Below are positions 32,360 to 42,200 of a DNA stretch of 64,000 nt, one piece after another. The notes beneath the pieces were generated by a model. It was not told the origin of the DNA. It did not search any database and was given only the letters and a program-made list of their open reading frames with translations. Position 1 is the first letter of the stretch; each line of letters starts with the position of its first letter. The stretch lies in assembly GCA_014653625.1 (NCBI GenBank), contig JACWEI010000003.1:30243-94242 (forward strand), in the 5' to 3' direction. The position numbers and the translations under genes are program-made. Source of the DNA: Pelagibacterales bacterium SAG-MED39 (GTDB taxonomy: Bacteria; Pseudomonadota; Alphaproteobacteria; Pelagibacterales; Pelagibacteraceae).

Positions 32360-32488
32360 TATGATTAAAAAAGTTCTATATTAAAATCTAAACTTTTAAA
32401 CAATTTATTTCATAATAGTCAACTTAATGCTAAATTACTTAAAATTTTATATTTTAATAATTTATATAATTTAAAAATTAATATTTTA

Positions 32489-33229
32489 ATGTCAAAAATT
32501 AATTTTATAATCGGTGGTGTTCAAAAAGCTGGTACGGAACTGATTTCTCATCATTTAAGACATCATTCTGAAATAATGATGCCAGAAAAAGAGCTACATT
32601 ATTTTGATACTGAGATATCCAATAACGATTTAAATTTTGAGAACTATCATAAAAATTTTGGTAACCTAAAAAGCAAAAAGTTATTTGGAGAAAAAACACC
32701 AATATATATTTTTTATAAGGACTGCATGAAGAAAATTGCAGAATACAATAGTAATATAAAAATCATATTAATATTTAGAGATCCTTTTGAAAGAGCTTTG
32801 TCAGCTTATAATATGGAGTATATAAGGGGAAATGAAAAAAAAAGCTTTGATCAAGCTATTAAAGAGGAAAATCAAAGGATAAAGTTATCTGACGAAAATT
32901 TAAGAAATTTTTCATATTTAAGTCGTGGATATTACTTTAAACAAATACAAAACTGTTATTCTCTTTTTAAAAAAAATCAAATTTTATTTTTAAATTTTGA
33001 TGATTTAACTAATAACTTTAATGAAGTTATGTATTCTATACAAAGCTTTTTAGGATGCAAAAAAGAAAATTACCCACAAAGACCTGAGAGAGTTACTTGG
33101 TTAGAAAAAAAGAAAAATGTTTCTTTCAAATTAGATACAAAAAAAATTTTTGTTGAAAAACTCATTGATGACTACCAAAATTTTAAAAAAATTACTGGAT
33201 TTAAATTTTATAATTTTGAAAATTTATAA
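32489..33229 (+). CDS. PAPS-dependent sulfotransferase
   Basis: IGGVQKAGT (5'-PSB loop), KELHYF, GEKTP.Y, RDP.ERALSAY (3'-PB motif). Confidence 0.9.
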   Translation: MSKINFIIGGVQKAGTELISHHLRHHSEIMMPEKELHYFDTEISNNDLNFENYHKNFGNLKSKKLFGEKTPIYIFYKDCMKKIAEYNSNIKIILIFRDPFERALSAYNMEYIRGNEKKSFDQAIKEENQRIKLSDENLRNFSYLSRGYYFKQIQNCYSLFKKNQILFLNFDDLTNNFNEVMYSIQSFLGCKKENYPQRPERVTWLEKKKNVSFKLDTKKIFVEKLIDDYQNFKKITGFKFYNFENL

Positions 33230-33230
33230 A

Positions 33231-33320
33231 TGGCGGAGAGAGTGGGATTCGAACCCACGGTACCTGTGAGGGTACACACACTTTCCAAGCGTGCGCCTTA
33301 AACCGCTCGGCCATCTCTCC
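33231..33320 (-). tRNA. tRNA-Ser(GGA)
   Basis: Reverse complement GGAGAGATGGCCGAGCGGTTTAAGGCGCACGCTTGGAAAGTGTGTGTACCCTCACAGGTACCGTGGGTTCGAATCCCACTCTCTCCGCCA; long variable arm; anticodon GGA. Confidence 0.96.
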
Positions 33321-33325
33321 TTAAT

Positions 33326-34204
33326 CTAGTCATTTTGATTTTCTCGTTTCCTTTTAGACCTTCCAGTTCGAATTAATTTTTTTTCAATAATTTTAAATTT
33401 TTGATAAATATTTAAACTTCTTAAAAATCTTCTGAATTTTCCTGAAACTTGTTCTGTTTCATCATATTGCCCTGCACGATCTTTAAAATAAGTTGTATTT
33501 TTAGAAAACATTTTATCGATTTCATTTAATGGTCTTCCTTTTGAATAATAATAAGTTGCTATTGATTTTCTGGAAATGATATCTGGACAACTTAAAGGAT
33601 CAGGGTGCCCATGATTACTATTATCGGTAGTTGAAAATATCACCATCTTATTAAATACAGGTAATATTTTTTTTCTACAAGCCTTCATATCTTTATCCCA
33701 AAATTCAAGATGGCCTCCATACTCTTCCTTCCAGTTTTTGTTAAGATATATTAATACATTTAATCGTCTATCAAGATCTAAGTTAGGATGTCGATTAAAA
33801 TCTGAATGAATTTTTAATAATCCACCTTTTTTAATTTCATGCAAGCCTCCACCATTTAATTGAAAATCAGGAACAAGTTTTTCCGTTATGCCTGTTATAC
33901 CTTGAAGAAAATCCACAAAAAAATTGGAATTTAAAAAATCGAACAAAGTTTTAATATTTTTTGGAAATCTTTCATATTCGTTATTAGCAAACTTAACTTC
34001 ATTTTTATTAGAATAATTTGTTGTTTTTTTTTTTTCTTCTAAATTAGGGAATTGTTTTAAAATTTCATTTAAAAATTCTACACTAAAAAAATCCTCTATT
34101 ACTATAAAAGGGAAAGGACTAGCGCTTTCATAATTTTTTTTATTTCTAGAAATAAATTCATCTAAATTATCTAATTTACTATTAATAATTTTTTGAAATT
34201 GCAT
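33326..34204 (-). CDS. 2OG-Fe(II) oxygenase (prolyl-hydroxylase/EGL-9-like)
   Basis: HSD..RRLNVLIYLN..W..EYGG.LE.W..P.FNKMVIF....HGHP..RKS: HxD/H triad plus 2OG-binding Arg. Confidence 0.88.
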   Translation of the reverse strand: MQFQKIINSKLDNLDEFISRNKKNYESASPFPFIVIEDFFSVEFLNEILKQFPNLEEKKKTTNYSNKNEVKFANNEYERFPKNIKTLFDFLNSNFFVDFLQGITGITEKLVPDFQLNGGGLHEIKKGGLLKIHSDFNRHPNLDLDRRLNVLIYLNKNWKEEYGGHLEFWDKDMKACRKKILPVFNKMVIFSTTDNSNHGHPDPLSCPDIISRKSIATYYYSKGRPLNEIDKMFSKNTTYFKDRAGQYDETEQVSGKFRRFLRSLNIYQKFKIIEKKLIRTGRSKRKRENQND

Positions 34205-34213
34205 AGCTAAATT

Positions 34214-35020
34214 TTAAATTATCCATTCTTTTAATTTATCCATATTTCTTAAAATATAATCTGGATAACTATCATCTATATTTACTTTGTTATATTCATG
34301 ACCACGATCAAATAAATCTACTTTATCGTTAATTTTTTTTTTGATAACATCTAAATTTGAAAATTTTTCGTTATCCCAAGAGGTTTCGGCTAAACTTTTA
34401 AATTTTTTTTCGATTTCTTCAGGTTTTAGAAGATAGCTAAAATGCCATCCACCATTATTAATTATTTGTATATTCTTTTCTTTGTCAATTCTCCAAAATG
34501 GATATTTTAAATTTTTTCCAAGAACTTTGTGTCTTAACCAGTCTACTGATTTTAAATGTTTCTTTTTACATATTCTCGTCCCTTCCCAAGGGCTTTCATA
34601 GGGATTCAAAAGGTTGAGTTTATATGAAAATATTTTTTGCGAAAAAATTCCATATTTTTTTTTTAATTCAAAATTTTTTAAAATTTTAGGGTTAGGAATT
34701 TCATCTGGATCTGAAAACATAACAAAATCATCATTTTCAATATCATCAAGGTTTTTCAATATATTTTCTCTCTGAATAGCTTGATTTTTCCAAGGATCAT
34801 TTTTTTTTGGAAATTTTTCCTTAACTACAACATGCTTAATCTTTTCATTATATTTATACTTCTCCATATTAAAATTAACTTTTTTTTTATTTCCTCTGTG
34901 ATCGTAAATAGATTCGCATATTAAGAATTTATCCACTACATCTTTGAGAATATTAAATCTTAAATCAAAATGTCTATTTTCTTGAAAGAAAGTAATTGTA
35001 TCTATTATTCTATTTTTCAT
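34214..35020 (-). CDS. GT17-like (MGAT3-like) glycosyltransferase
   Basis: F.E...LRF..L..VVD.F.I.ES, QRE, FSDPDEIP (DxD), GGWHFSY. Confidence 0.82.
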   Translation of the reverse strand: MKNRIIDTITFFQENRHFDLRFNILKDVVDKFLICESIYDHRGNKKKVNFNMEKYKYNEKIKHVVVKEKFPKKNDPWKNQAIQRENILKNLDDIENDDFVMFSDPDEIPNPKILKNFELKKKYGIFSQKIFSYKLNLLNPYESPWEGTRICKKKHLKSVDWLRHKVLGKNLKYPFWRIDKEKNIQIINNGGWHFSYLLKPEEIEKKFKSLAETSWDNEKFSNLDVIKKKINDKVDLFDRGHEYNKVNIDDSYPDYILRNMDKLKEWII

Positions 35021-35022
35021 TT

Positions 35023-35697
35023 TTAAATCATCTCTATCCCATTTTTAAAACTTACAGTTCTCATTATTTCTTTGTAGTTATTATAAAAAAATTTAAATTT
35101 TAAATCTTTAAATGATTTTTTTTCAATATTTAAAACATTTAGATTTTTTCTTTTTTTTATTATACCTAGGCCTTGATCTGCTAAAATTGTAAAAGTGTCA
35201 AAATTTTTCCATGTACGAACTTCAACAATTGCTTTCCAAACATCGCCGTTCCAATTATATCTAGATCTTGGCACTCTTTGATGTCCTATACTCTCAGGAA
35301 GACAATCATGAATAATGATCACACCATTATCATCTAAAAATTTTATTGAATTTAATATATCTTTCATTACTTGTTCATAAATATGAAGACCATCAATAAA
35401 TATACAATCGAATTTATCAGAATTTTTTGAAAAAAAATCGTCACTAGTGCCCCTGAAATTTCCCCCACTAACTGGATCTACTCCCACTTTATTAATATTA
35501 ATTTTATCAAACACCTCATCTAGATTACATCCTATTTCTAAATATTTTTTATATCTATTTTTTTTAATAACTAAATTTATTAAATCTATACGACTTTTTT
35601 TTTCAAAATTATAATTTATTTTTTTTGAAAATTTTTCAGAGAATAATAAATGATATATCTTATTAAAAAAAAATTCTTTTTTTCTGTTATTTTCCAT
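35023..35697 (-). CDS. Class I SAM-dependent methyltransferase (Methyltransf_24-like); start reassigned to ATG 35697
   Basis: YLEIGC, GVDP, TSDDFF, FDCIFIDGLH.YEQV..D, HDCLP, WNGDVWK. Confidence 0.85.
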   Translation of the reverse strand: MENNRKKEFFFNKIYHLLFSEKFSKKINYNFEKKSRIDLINLVIKKNRYKKYLEIGCNLDEVFDKININKVGVDPVSGGNFRGTSDDFFSKNSDKFDCIFIDGLHIYEQVMKDILNSIKFLDDNGVIIIHDCLPESIGHQRVPRSRYNWNGDVWKAIVEVRTWKNFDTFTILADQGLGIIKKRKNLNVLNIEKKSFKDLKFKFFYNNYKEIMRTVSFKNGIEMI

Positions 35698-35701
35698 TTT
35701 A

Positions 35702-37513
35702 TTAATTTTTATCTTTACTAATTTTAAGCACTCCAATAAATGCTTCCTGGGGAATCTCTACTCTACCGAATTGTTTAGATCTTGCTTTTCCTTTTTTTTG
35801 TTTTTCTAAAAGTTTTCTTTTTCTATCAGTTGCTCCACCCCCATGTATTTTAGTTAAAACATCTTTTTTAAATCCTTTAATTGTTTCTCTTGCAATAATC
35901 TTACCTCCAATAGCTGCTTGAACAGGTATCATAAAATTGTGTCTTGGTATTAAATCTTTAAGTTTTTCACAAACTTCTCTACCAGTTCTTTGAGCAAAAT
36001 CTTTATGTATCATCATAGCCAAAGCATCAACTGGTTCACTATTTACCAATATTCCTAATTTTACTAAATCACCTTCTCTATGACCAACTATTTCATAATC
36101 AAAACTTGCATAACCACTTGTCATAGATTTGATACGATCATTAAAATCAAAAACCACCTCATTTAGAGGCAGTTCATAACTTAATACAGCTCTATTTCCT
36201 GAATAAGTTAGGTTTGTCTGTATTCCTCTTTTGTCTTGGCATAATTTGATTATTGAGCCTAGAAATTCATCTGGTGTAATAATAGTTGCTTTAATCCAAG
36301 GTTCTTCGATCGATGATATTAATGTTGGATCTGGAAGACTTGATGGATTTTGTAAATCAAAAATTGTTCCACTATTTAAATTTACTTTATAAACAACACC
36401 TGGAGTAGTCGTAAGCAAATTCACATCAAATTCTCTTTCTAATCTCTCCGTAATAATTTCAAGGTGCAATAATCCTAAAAATCCACACCTAAAACCTAGG
36501 CCCAAAGCAGAGGATGACTCAGCTTCAAATGAAAAACTTGCATCATTTAATTGTAATTTCGCCAGACCATCTTTAAGTTTTTGATATTCAGAACTATCTA
36601 CAGGAAATAAACCACAAAACACTACTGGTTTACTAGGTTTAAATCCAGGTAAAGGCTCTATTTTTGGTTTTGTTGCATCGCAAATTGTATCTCCAACTTT
36701 AGTTTCAGATAAAACTTTAATACCAGTTGTTATAAAACCTAATTCACCAGTGTTTAGCTCATTTATATCCTTTGCTTTAGGTGTAAAAACTCCAACCTTT
36801 TCAATTATATAATCTTGATTTGTTGAAAGCATTTTGATCTTCATATTTTTTGTTATTTTACCATTTATAACTCTAACCAAAATAACAACACCTAAATAAG
36901 TGTCATACCAACTATCAACTAATAAACATTTTAAATCATCGTCTGGATTCCCTTTTGGACCAGGCAATTTTTTGATAATTTGCTCTAATATTTCCTCAAT
37001 ACCCTCTCCAGTCTTACCTGAGCATGGGACTGCATTATCTGTATCTATACCAATTACATCCTCAATTTGCTTATTTGTTCTCTCTAAATCAGAAGCTGGT
37101 AAATCTATTTTATTAAGAACTGGAATTATTTCATGATTAATATCTAGTGCTTGATATACGTTAGCTAATGTTTGAGCCTCAACTCCTTGGGTACTATCTA
37201 CAATCAATATTGATCCCTCACATGCATAGAGTGATCTACTAACCTCATAACTAAAGTCTACATGCCCTGGTGTATCAATTATATTTAAAATATAATTTTT
37301 GCCATTTTTAGCTCTATAATTTAATTTCACTGTTTGGGCTTTAATAGTAATGCCTCTTTCTCTTTCGATGTCCATGGAGTCTAATACTTGAGCTTTCATT
37401 TCTCTATCAGTTAAACCTCCACACTTATGAATAATTCTATCTGCTATAGTTGACTTGCCATGATCAATATGAGCAATAATTGCAAAATTTCTTATGTTAT
37501 CAATAGTGCTCAT
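35702..37513 (-). CDS. lepA: Elongation factor 4
   Basis: [49 protein letters not shown]. Confidence 0.97.
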   Translation of the reverse strand: MSTIDNIRNFAIIAHIDHGKSTIADRIIHKCGGLTDREMKAQVLDSMDIERERGITIKAQTVKLNYRAKNGKNYILNIIDTPGHVDFSYEVSRSLYACEGSILIVDSTQGVEAQTLANVYQALDINHEIIPVLNKIDLPASDLERTNKQIEDVIGIDTDNAVPCSGKTGEGIEEILEQIIKKLPGPKGNPDDDLKCLLVDSWYDTYLGVVILVRVINGKITKNMKIKMLSTNQDYIIEKVGVFTPKAKDINELNTGELGFITTGIKVLSETKVGDTICDATKPKIEPLPGFKPSKPVVFCGLFPVDSSEYQKLKDGLAKLQLNDASFSFEAESSSALGLGFRCGFLGLLHLEIITERLEREFDVNLLTTTPGVVYKVNLNSGTIFDLQNPSSLPDPTLISSIEEPWIKATIITPDEFLGSIIKLCQDKRGIQTNLTYSGNRAVLSYELPLNEVVFDFNDRIKSMTSGYASFDYEIVGHREGDLVKLGILVNSEPVDALAMMIHKDFAQRTGREVCEKLKDLIPRHNFMIPVQAAIGGKIIARETIKGFKKDVLTKIHGGGATDRKRKLLEKQKKGKARSKQFGRVEIPQEAFIGVLKISKDKN

Positions 37514-37519
37514 TTAGTT

Positions 37520-39928
37520 TTAAGATCGAATTTTAGCACCAGTTTTATTTTCTACAGTTTCAATAATTAATTTATTTATTTTTTCTAAATCTCTATCATT
37601 TAAAGTTTTTTCTAATGACTGAATTGATACACTAATTGCTATCGATTTTTGATTTTCAGGAATATTATCACCTTCATAGACATCAAAAACTTTTATATTG
37701 CTTATTAAATTTTGATCAACGCTAGAAACAACGTTAATAATCTCTTGGGCAGTTACTTCTTTATTAACTAAAAATGCAAAATCTCTCTCTGATTTCTGAT
37801 AGTCTGAAACTCTAAATTTTGCTTTTTGGTCATTTAATGTTTTGTGAGATAATTTAAGATTATCAAAATAAATTTCAAAACCTACGAGAGACTCTGTCTT
37901 TAGATCTATTTTTTTTAAAATATTTGGGTGTATCTCACCAAAATAGGCTGCAACTTGATCTTTTGCTTTATTTAAAAATAACCTCCCTGATTTGCCAGGA
38001 TGATAATGATTAGGTGTTTTATTATCCGTAAAAAATTTTTCAGAATTATAGCCCGCCTCAACCAAGGTTTGAACAACATCTCTTTTAACGTCAAATACAT
38101 CGATATTTCTTTCTTTTTCAATCCAAGATAATCTTGACTTTTTTCCTGCTGATAAACCACAAATTACTGTATTTTGTTCACCGGGATTATAACCAGTAAA
38201 AATAGGGCCTATTTCAAATATTGACAAATCTTTAAAACCCCTATCTAAATTTTTTTTAATACACATAATTAAATTTGAAAATATAGAGTTTCTTAAAACT
38301 CCTAATTCAGAACTAATAGGATTTATAATCTTAATTTCTGTATTTGTACCTTTAAAATGGTCATTATAATTTGAGTCTGTAAACGACCAAGTGATTGCTT
38401 CTAAATAACCTTTTGACGCAATCGCTCTTTGTAAAAAATGAAATAATTTTTGAGTTTGCGTTAAAGTAGATTTTGTTCTTTTTTTAATTGGTTCGATTGT
38501 CTTAATCTTATCATAACCGCTTATCCTTACTAATTCTTCTACAATATCTACTTGTTGTAATATATCAGGTCTCCATGATGGAATGGTTAATCTAAAATAA
38601 TTTTTTTCTTTTTTTGATTTAAAGCCAAGATCGTTTAAAATTTTTATCATCTCTTTTGTAGAGATTCTAAACCCCGATATTTTTTCAAATAAGTTGGGAT
38701 CAAATTTAATAATTTTATTTTTAAACTCTCCAATTTTTTGAATGTCTACTTTACTTATTTCACCACCACAAATTTCTTGAATTAAAAATGCAGTTTTGTT
38801 TAAACCACTCTCTATAGACATTGGATCAATGCCTCTTTCAAACCTAAATTTTGCATCTGTATCAAGATTTAATTTTTTTGCTGTATTTCTTATTGATCTT
38901 GGTTCAAAATAGGCTGACTCTAATAATATGTTTTTTGTATTAAATTCTGTGGCTGATCTTGTGCCTCCTATAATTCCTCCTAATCCTAATACACCTTTGT
39001 TATCACTAATAACACACATGTCTTTTTCTAATTTGTAATTTTTATTATCAAGAGCTGTGAATTCCTCTCCAGATTTAGAGTTCCGGACTATAATGCCTTT
39101 TTCGATTTTATCTGCATCATAGGCATGTAGTGGTCGATTAATATCGAACATAACATAATTTGTAATATCCACTATTGCTGAAATCGGTTTTTGACCAATT
39201 GAGATTAATTTATCTTTTAGCCATTTAGGACTCTCAGCATTTTTTACGTTGGTAATCAAACAACTGCCAAATACAACACAGCCTTGGTTTCTTTCTTTGT
39301 TTATCTTTATCTTTATTTTTTGTCTCGTTTTTGAATTAACCTTTCTTTCATTTGAATTCTTCATCCTTCCAAAACCAGATGCAGCGAGATCTCTAGCTAT
39401 TCCTCTTACACCAAGACAATCAGGTCTATTTGGAGTTATTGATAAATCAATAAGTTTTGAAGATGATTTTGAAAAATAATTCTTTCCAATTTTTTTTTTA
39501 TATTTTATTGATGACAATTCTATTATTCCATCACTTTCATCTGATAAATTCAATTCTGCCTCAGAACAAAGCATTCCATAAGAAGTAATGTCTCTAATTT
39601 TAGCTATTACCAATTTTGTTTTAGTTTTTGGAATAATTGCTCCTGGGGGAGCATATATTGTAATTAATCCCTCTCTTGCATTATTAGCACCACATACAAC
39701 TTTTTTTAATTCTTTATCTCCAACATTTACATCACAAACTTTAAGCCGATCAGCATTTGGGTGTTTTTCTATTTTTGCAATCTTGGCTATCTTAAAAAAA
39801 TCTAATCCTGCAGATAAATCACCTACACTTTCGACCTCCAAACCAATATCTGTTAGTTTCTCTAAAAGCCTTTCCTCTTTTAGGTTTGTGTTTAAATGAT
39901 CCTTAAGCCAATCAAATGTTATCTTCAT
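37520..39928 (-). CDS. pheT: Phenylalanine--tRNA ligase beta subunit
   Basis: [29 protein letters not shown]-terminal RDFAF. Confidence 0.96.
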   Translation of the reverse strand: MKITFDWLKDHLNTNLKEERLLEKLTDIGLEVESVGDLSAGLDFFKIAKIAKIEKHPNADRLKVCDVNVGDKELKKVVCGANNAREGLITIYAPPGAIIPKTKTKLVIAKIRDITSYGMLCSEAELNLSDESDGIIELSSIKYKKKIGKNYFSKSSSKLIDLSITPNRPDCLGVRGIARDLAASGFGRMKNSNERKVNSKTRQKIKIKINKERNQGCVVFGSCLITNVKNAESPKWLKDKLISIGQKPISAIVDITNYVMFDINRPLHAYDADKIEKGIIVRNSKSGEEFTALDNKNYKLEKDMCVISDNKGVLGLGGIIGGTRSATEFNTKNILLESAYFEPRSIRNTAKKLNLDTDAKFRFERGIDPMSIESGLNKTAFLIQEICGGEISKVDIQKIGEFKNKIIKFDPNLFEKISGFRISTKEMIKILNDLGFKSKKEKNYFRLTIPSWRPDILQQVDIVEELVRISGYDKIKTIEPIKKRTKSTLTQTQKLFHFLQRAIASKGYLEAITWSFTDSNYNDHFKGTNTEIKIINPISSELGVLRNSIFSNLIMCIKKNLDRGFKDLSIFEIGPIFTGYNPGEQNTVICGLSAGKKSRLSWIEKERNIDVFDVKRDVVQTLVEAGYNSEKFFTDNKTPNHYHPGKSGRLFLNKAKDQVAAYFGEIHPNILKKIDLKTESLVGFEIYFDNLKLSHKTLNDQKAKFRVSDYQKSERDFAFLVNKEVTAQEIINVVSSVDQNLISNIKVFDVYEGDNIPENQKSIAISVSIQSLEKTLNDRDLEKINKLIIETVENKTGAKIRS

Positions 39929-40992
39929 CGACTTAGACCTCTATAGTTTGTTGGTACATCTAACGGATCAAAACCAAAATGATTTAGCCATCTATAATCA
40001 CAATCAAAAAAAGCTCTTAGATCATTAATACCATATTTTAGCATTGCCAATCTATCAATACCAATCCCAAATGCATATCCTTGATATTTTTCTATGTCCA
40101 CTTTTACATTTTTAAGAACATTGGGGTGCACCATTCCACATCCTAAAATTTCTAACCATTTATCACCCTCACCTATCACAATCTTTCCATCTTTAATTTC
40201 ATATCCAATATCAACTTCGGCAGATGGTTCGGTAAAAGGAAAATGGCTGGGTCTAAATCTCATCTTGATTTTATTAACTTCAAAGAACTCTTTAATAAAA
40301 TAATTCAAACACCCTTTAAGATGTCCCATATTTATGTTTTTATCAATATAAAGTCCCTCAACCTGATGAAACATTGGTGCATGAGTTTGGTCACTATCTG
40401 ATCTATATGTTCTGCCAGGTGCAATAATCTTAAATGGCGGTTTACCTTTTAACATGGTTCTTATTTGAACAGGAGAAGTGTGAGTTCGTAATAACTTTTG
40501 TTTTTTTTCATCTAAATAAAATGTATCATGCATATCCCTAGCAGGATGATTATCAGGAGTATTAAGGGCAGTAAAATTATTGTACTCATTTTCAACATCT
40601 GGACCCTCCTCAACATTAAATCCAATTTCAGAAAATATAGATGATATCTCATCAATAGTTTGCGAAACTGGATGTATCTTTCCTTTTATAAAAGGTCTTT
40701 CAGGTAAAGTTACATCAATTTTTTCTTTATCTAATTTTTTATTAATTTCAGAGTTTTCAATTTCGTTAATTTTTGAATTAATTAAATTTTGCAAATCATC
40801 TTTGATGAGATTTAACTCAGATGCAAATTTCTTTCTTTCAGACTCCTTTATTTTTCCAATGTTTTTGAATTGCGATGAAATAATACCATTTTTACCAAAG
40901 AGTTCTGATTTAACTTGATTTATGTTTTCAAGATTTAATTTCTTATTGAGCTTTAGAATAAATTCTTCTTTTATTTTTTTAAGATCAGACAT
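39925..40992 (-). CDS. pheS: Phenylalanine--tRNA ligase alpha subunit
   Basis: [42 protein letters not shown]. Confidence 0.97.
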   Translation of the reverse strand: MSDLKKIKEEFILKLNKKLNLENINQVKSELFGKNGIISSQFKNIGKIKESERKKFASELNLIKDDLQNLINSKINEIENSEINKKLDKEKIDVTLPERPFIKGKIHPVSQTIDEISSIFSEIGFNVEEGPDVENEYNNFTALNTPDNHPARDMHDTFYLDEKKQKLLRTHTSPVQIRTMLKGKPPFKIIAPGRTYRSDSDQTHAPMFHQVEGLYIDKNINMGHLKGCLNYFIKEFFEVNKIKMRFRPSHFPFTEPSAEVDIGYEIKDGKIVIGEGDKWLEILGCGMVHPNVLKNVKVDIEKYQGYAFGIGIDRLAMLKYGINDLRAFFDCDYRWLNHFGFDPLDVPTNYRGLSR

Positions 40993-41035
40993 CTTTACAG
41001 ATTATTTCTTCGGTGAAATAAAACAATAGTGAAGA

Positions 41036-41392
41036 TTAATTTAAAGCAGATTGTGCTTTTTGGACAATAGTTTTAAAGGCTTCTGGGCTATCATAGGCTA
41101 TCTCAGCTAGAATTTTTCTATCGATTTTTATTCCACATTTATTTAAACCATTAATAAACCTTGAATAAGTTAATCCTTCAGCTCTAACACCTGCGTTTAT
41201 TCTTTGTATCCATAAAGATTTAAATTCTCTTTTCTTATTTCTTCGATCTCTATATGCATATTGCATGGCCTTTTCCATTGCTTGTCTTGCAACACGTATT
41301 GTATTTTTTCTTCTGCCCCATTGGCCTTTTACAGATTTTAAAACTTTTTTGTGTTTAGCTTTACTTGTAACACCTCTTTTAACTCTTGCCAT
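41036..41392 (-). CDS. rplT: 50S ribosomal protein L20
   Basis: [29 protein letters not shown]. Confidence 0.97.
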   Translation of the reverse strand: MARVKRGVTSKAKHKKVLKSVKGQWGRRKNTIRVARQAMEKAMQYAYRDRRNKKREFKSLWIQRINAGVRAEGLTYSRFINGLNKCGIKIDRKILAEIAYDSPEAFKTIVQKAQSALN

Positions 41393-41394
41393 TT

Positions 41395-41601
41395 TTAACC
41401 TCTTAAACTGTAAGGCATGTACGACTTAACTATTTTTCCATCTTGTTTAGACATAGTAGTTGTACCCCTTAATTTTCTTATTTGAGAATTTGTTCTTTTT
41501 ATCATTCCGTGCCTTTTCCCAGCCTGAGCCATTATTACTTTACCTTTGGCTGATATTTTAAATCTTTTTTTTGCTGAGCTTTTTGTTTTTAATTTAGGCA
41601 T
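41395..41601 (-). CDS. rpmI: 50S ribosomal protein L35
   Basis: [15 protein letters not shown]. Confidence 0.97.
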   Translation of the reverse strand: MPKLKTKSSAKKRFKISAKGKVIMAQAGKRHGMIKRTNSQIRKLRGTTTMSKQDGKIVKSYMPYSLRG

Positions 41602-41612
41602 AATTGAACGGT

Positions 41613-41641
41613 GTTATACAAAGAAAGATTTAAATTTACAA
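41613..41641 (-). promoter_or_regulatory. Candidate internal promoter for rpmI-rplT
   Basis: TTGTAA-N17-TATAAC, ending 11 nt before the rpmI ATG, which implies a near-leaderless mRNA. Confidence 0.5.
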
Positions 41642-41654
41642 CCAGTATTAAAGC

Positions 41655-42200
41655 CTATAAAGGCTGTATTACCATGATCATTTGCTTACCATCGAATTTT
41701 GGATGAAGCTCTACCTTTCCAATATCCTTCATATCCTCTTTTATTTTTGACATAAGCTCGTTTCCAAGGTGTGAGTGTTGAAGTTCTCGACCCTTAAATC
41801 TTATAGTAAATTTAACCTTATCTCCTTTGGCAATAAATTTTTTTGCGTTTTTAACTTTAAATTCATAATCATGCGTTTCAGTTACTGGTCTCATTTTAAT
41901 TTCTTTAAGAGCAACAATTTTTTGTTTCTTTTTTGCAAGGTTTGCTTTTTTCTGAGCATCATATTTAAATTTTCCCATATCCATGATTTTACAAACTGGT
42001 GGGTTAGCATTTGGTGAAATCTCAATCAAATCAAGTCCTTGATTTTTTGCTTTTACTATTGCCTCATTGGTTTGCAGTATACCCAAGTTTTCACCGTCGC
42101 TTGCAATAACTTGAACTTCGGGAGATGAAATTCTGTTATTAGATTTGGGACCTCTGTCCTTTGTTCTCTTTTGAAAGTAATTTTGTTTGAAATCTGCCAC
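41655..42200 (-). CDS. infC: Translation initiation factor IF-3
   Basis: LDLIEISPNA.PPVCKIMD.GKFKY, KEIKMRP, GDKVK..IRFKGRE; GTG start. Confidence 0.96.
   Translation of the reverse strand: MADFKQNYFQKRTKDRGPKSNNRISSPEVQVIASDGENLGILQTNEAIVKAKNQGLDLIEISPNANPPVCKIMDMGKFKYDAQKKANLAKKKQKIVALKEIKMRPVTETHDYEFKVKNAKKFIAKGDKVKFTIRFKGRELQHSHLGNELMSKIKEDMKDIGKVELHPKFDGKQMIMVIQPL

Noticed and set aside
40993-41035. pheS attenuator (pheM-like) between rplT and pheS
   Set aside because: The gap is only 43 nt with no Phe-rich ORF; there is only a weak AT-rich hairpin (TTATTTC/GAAATAA).
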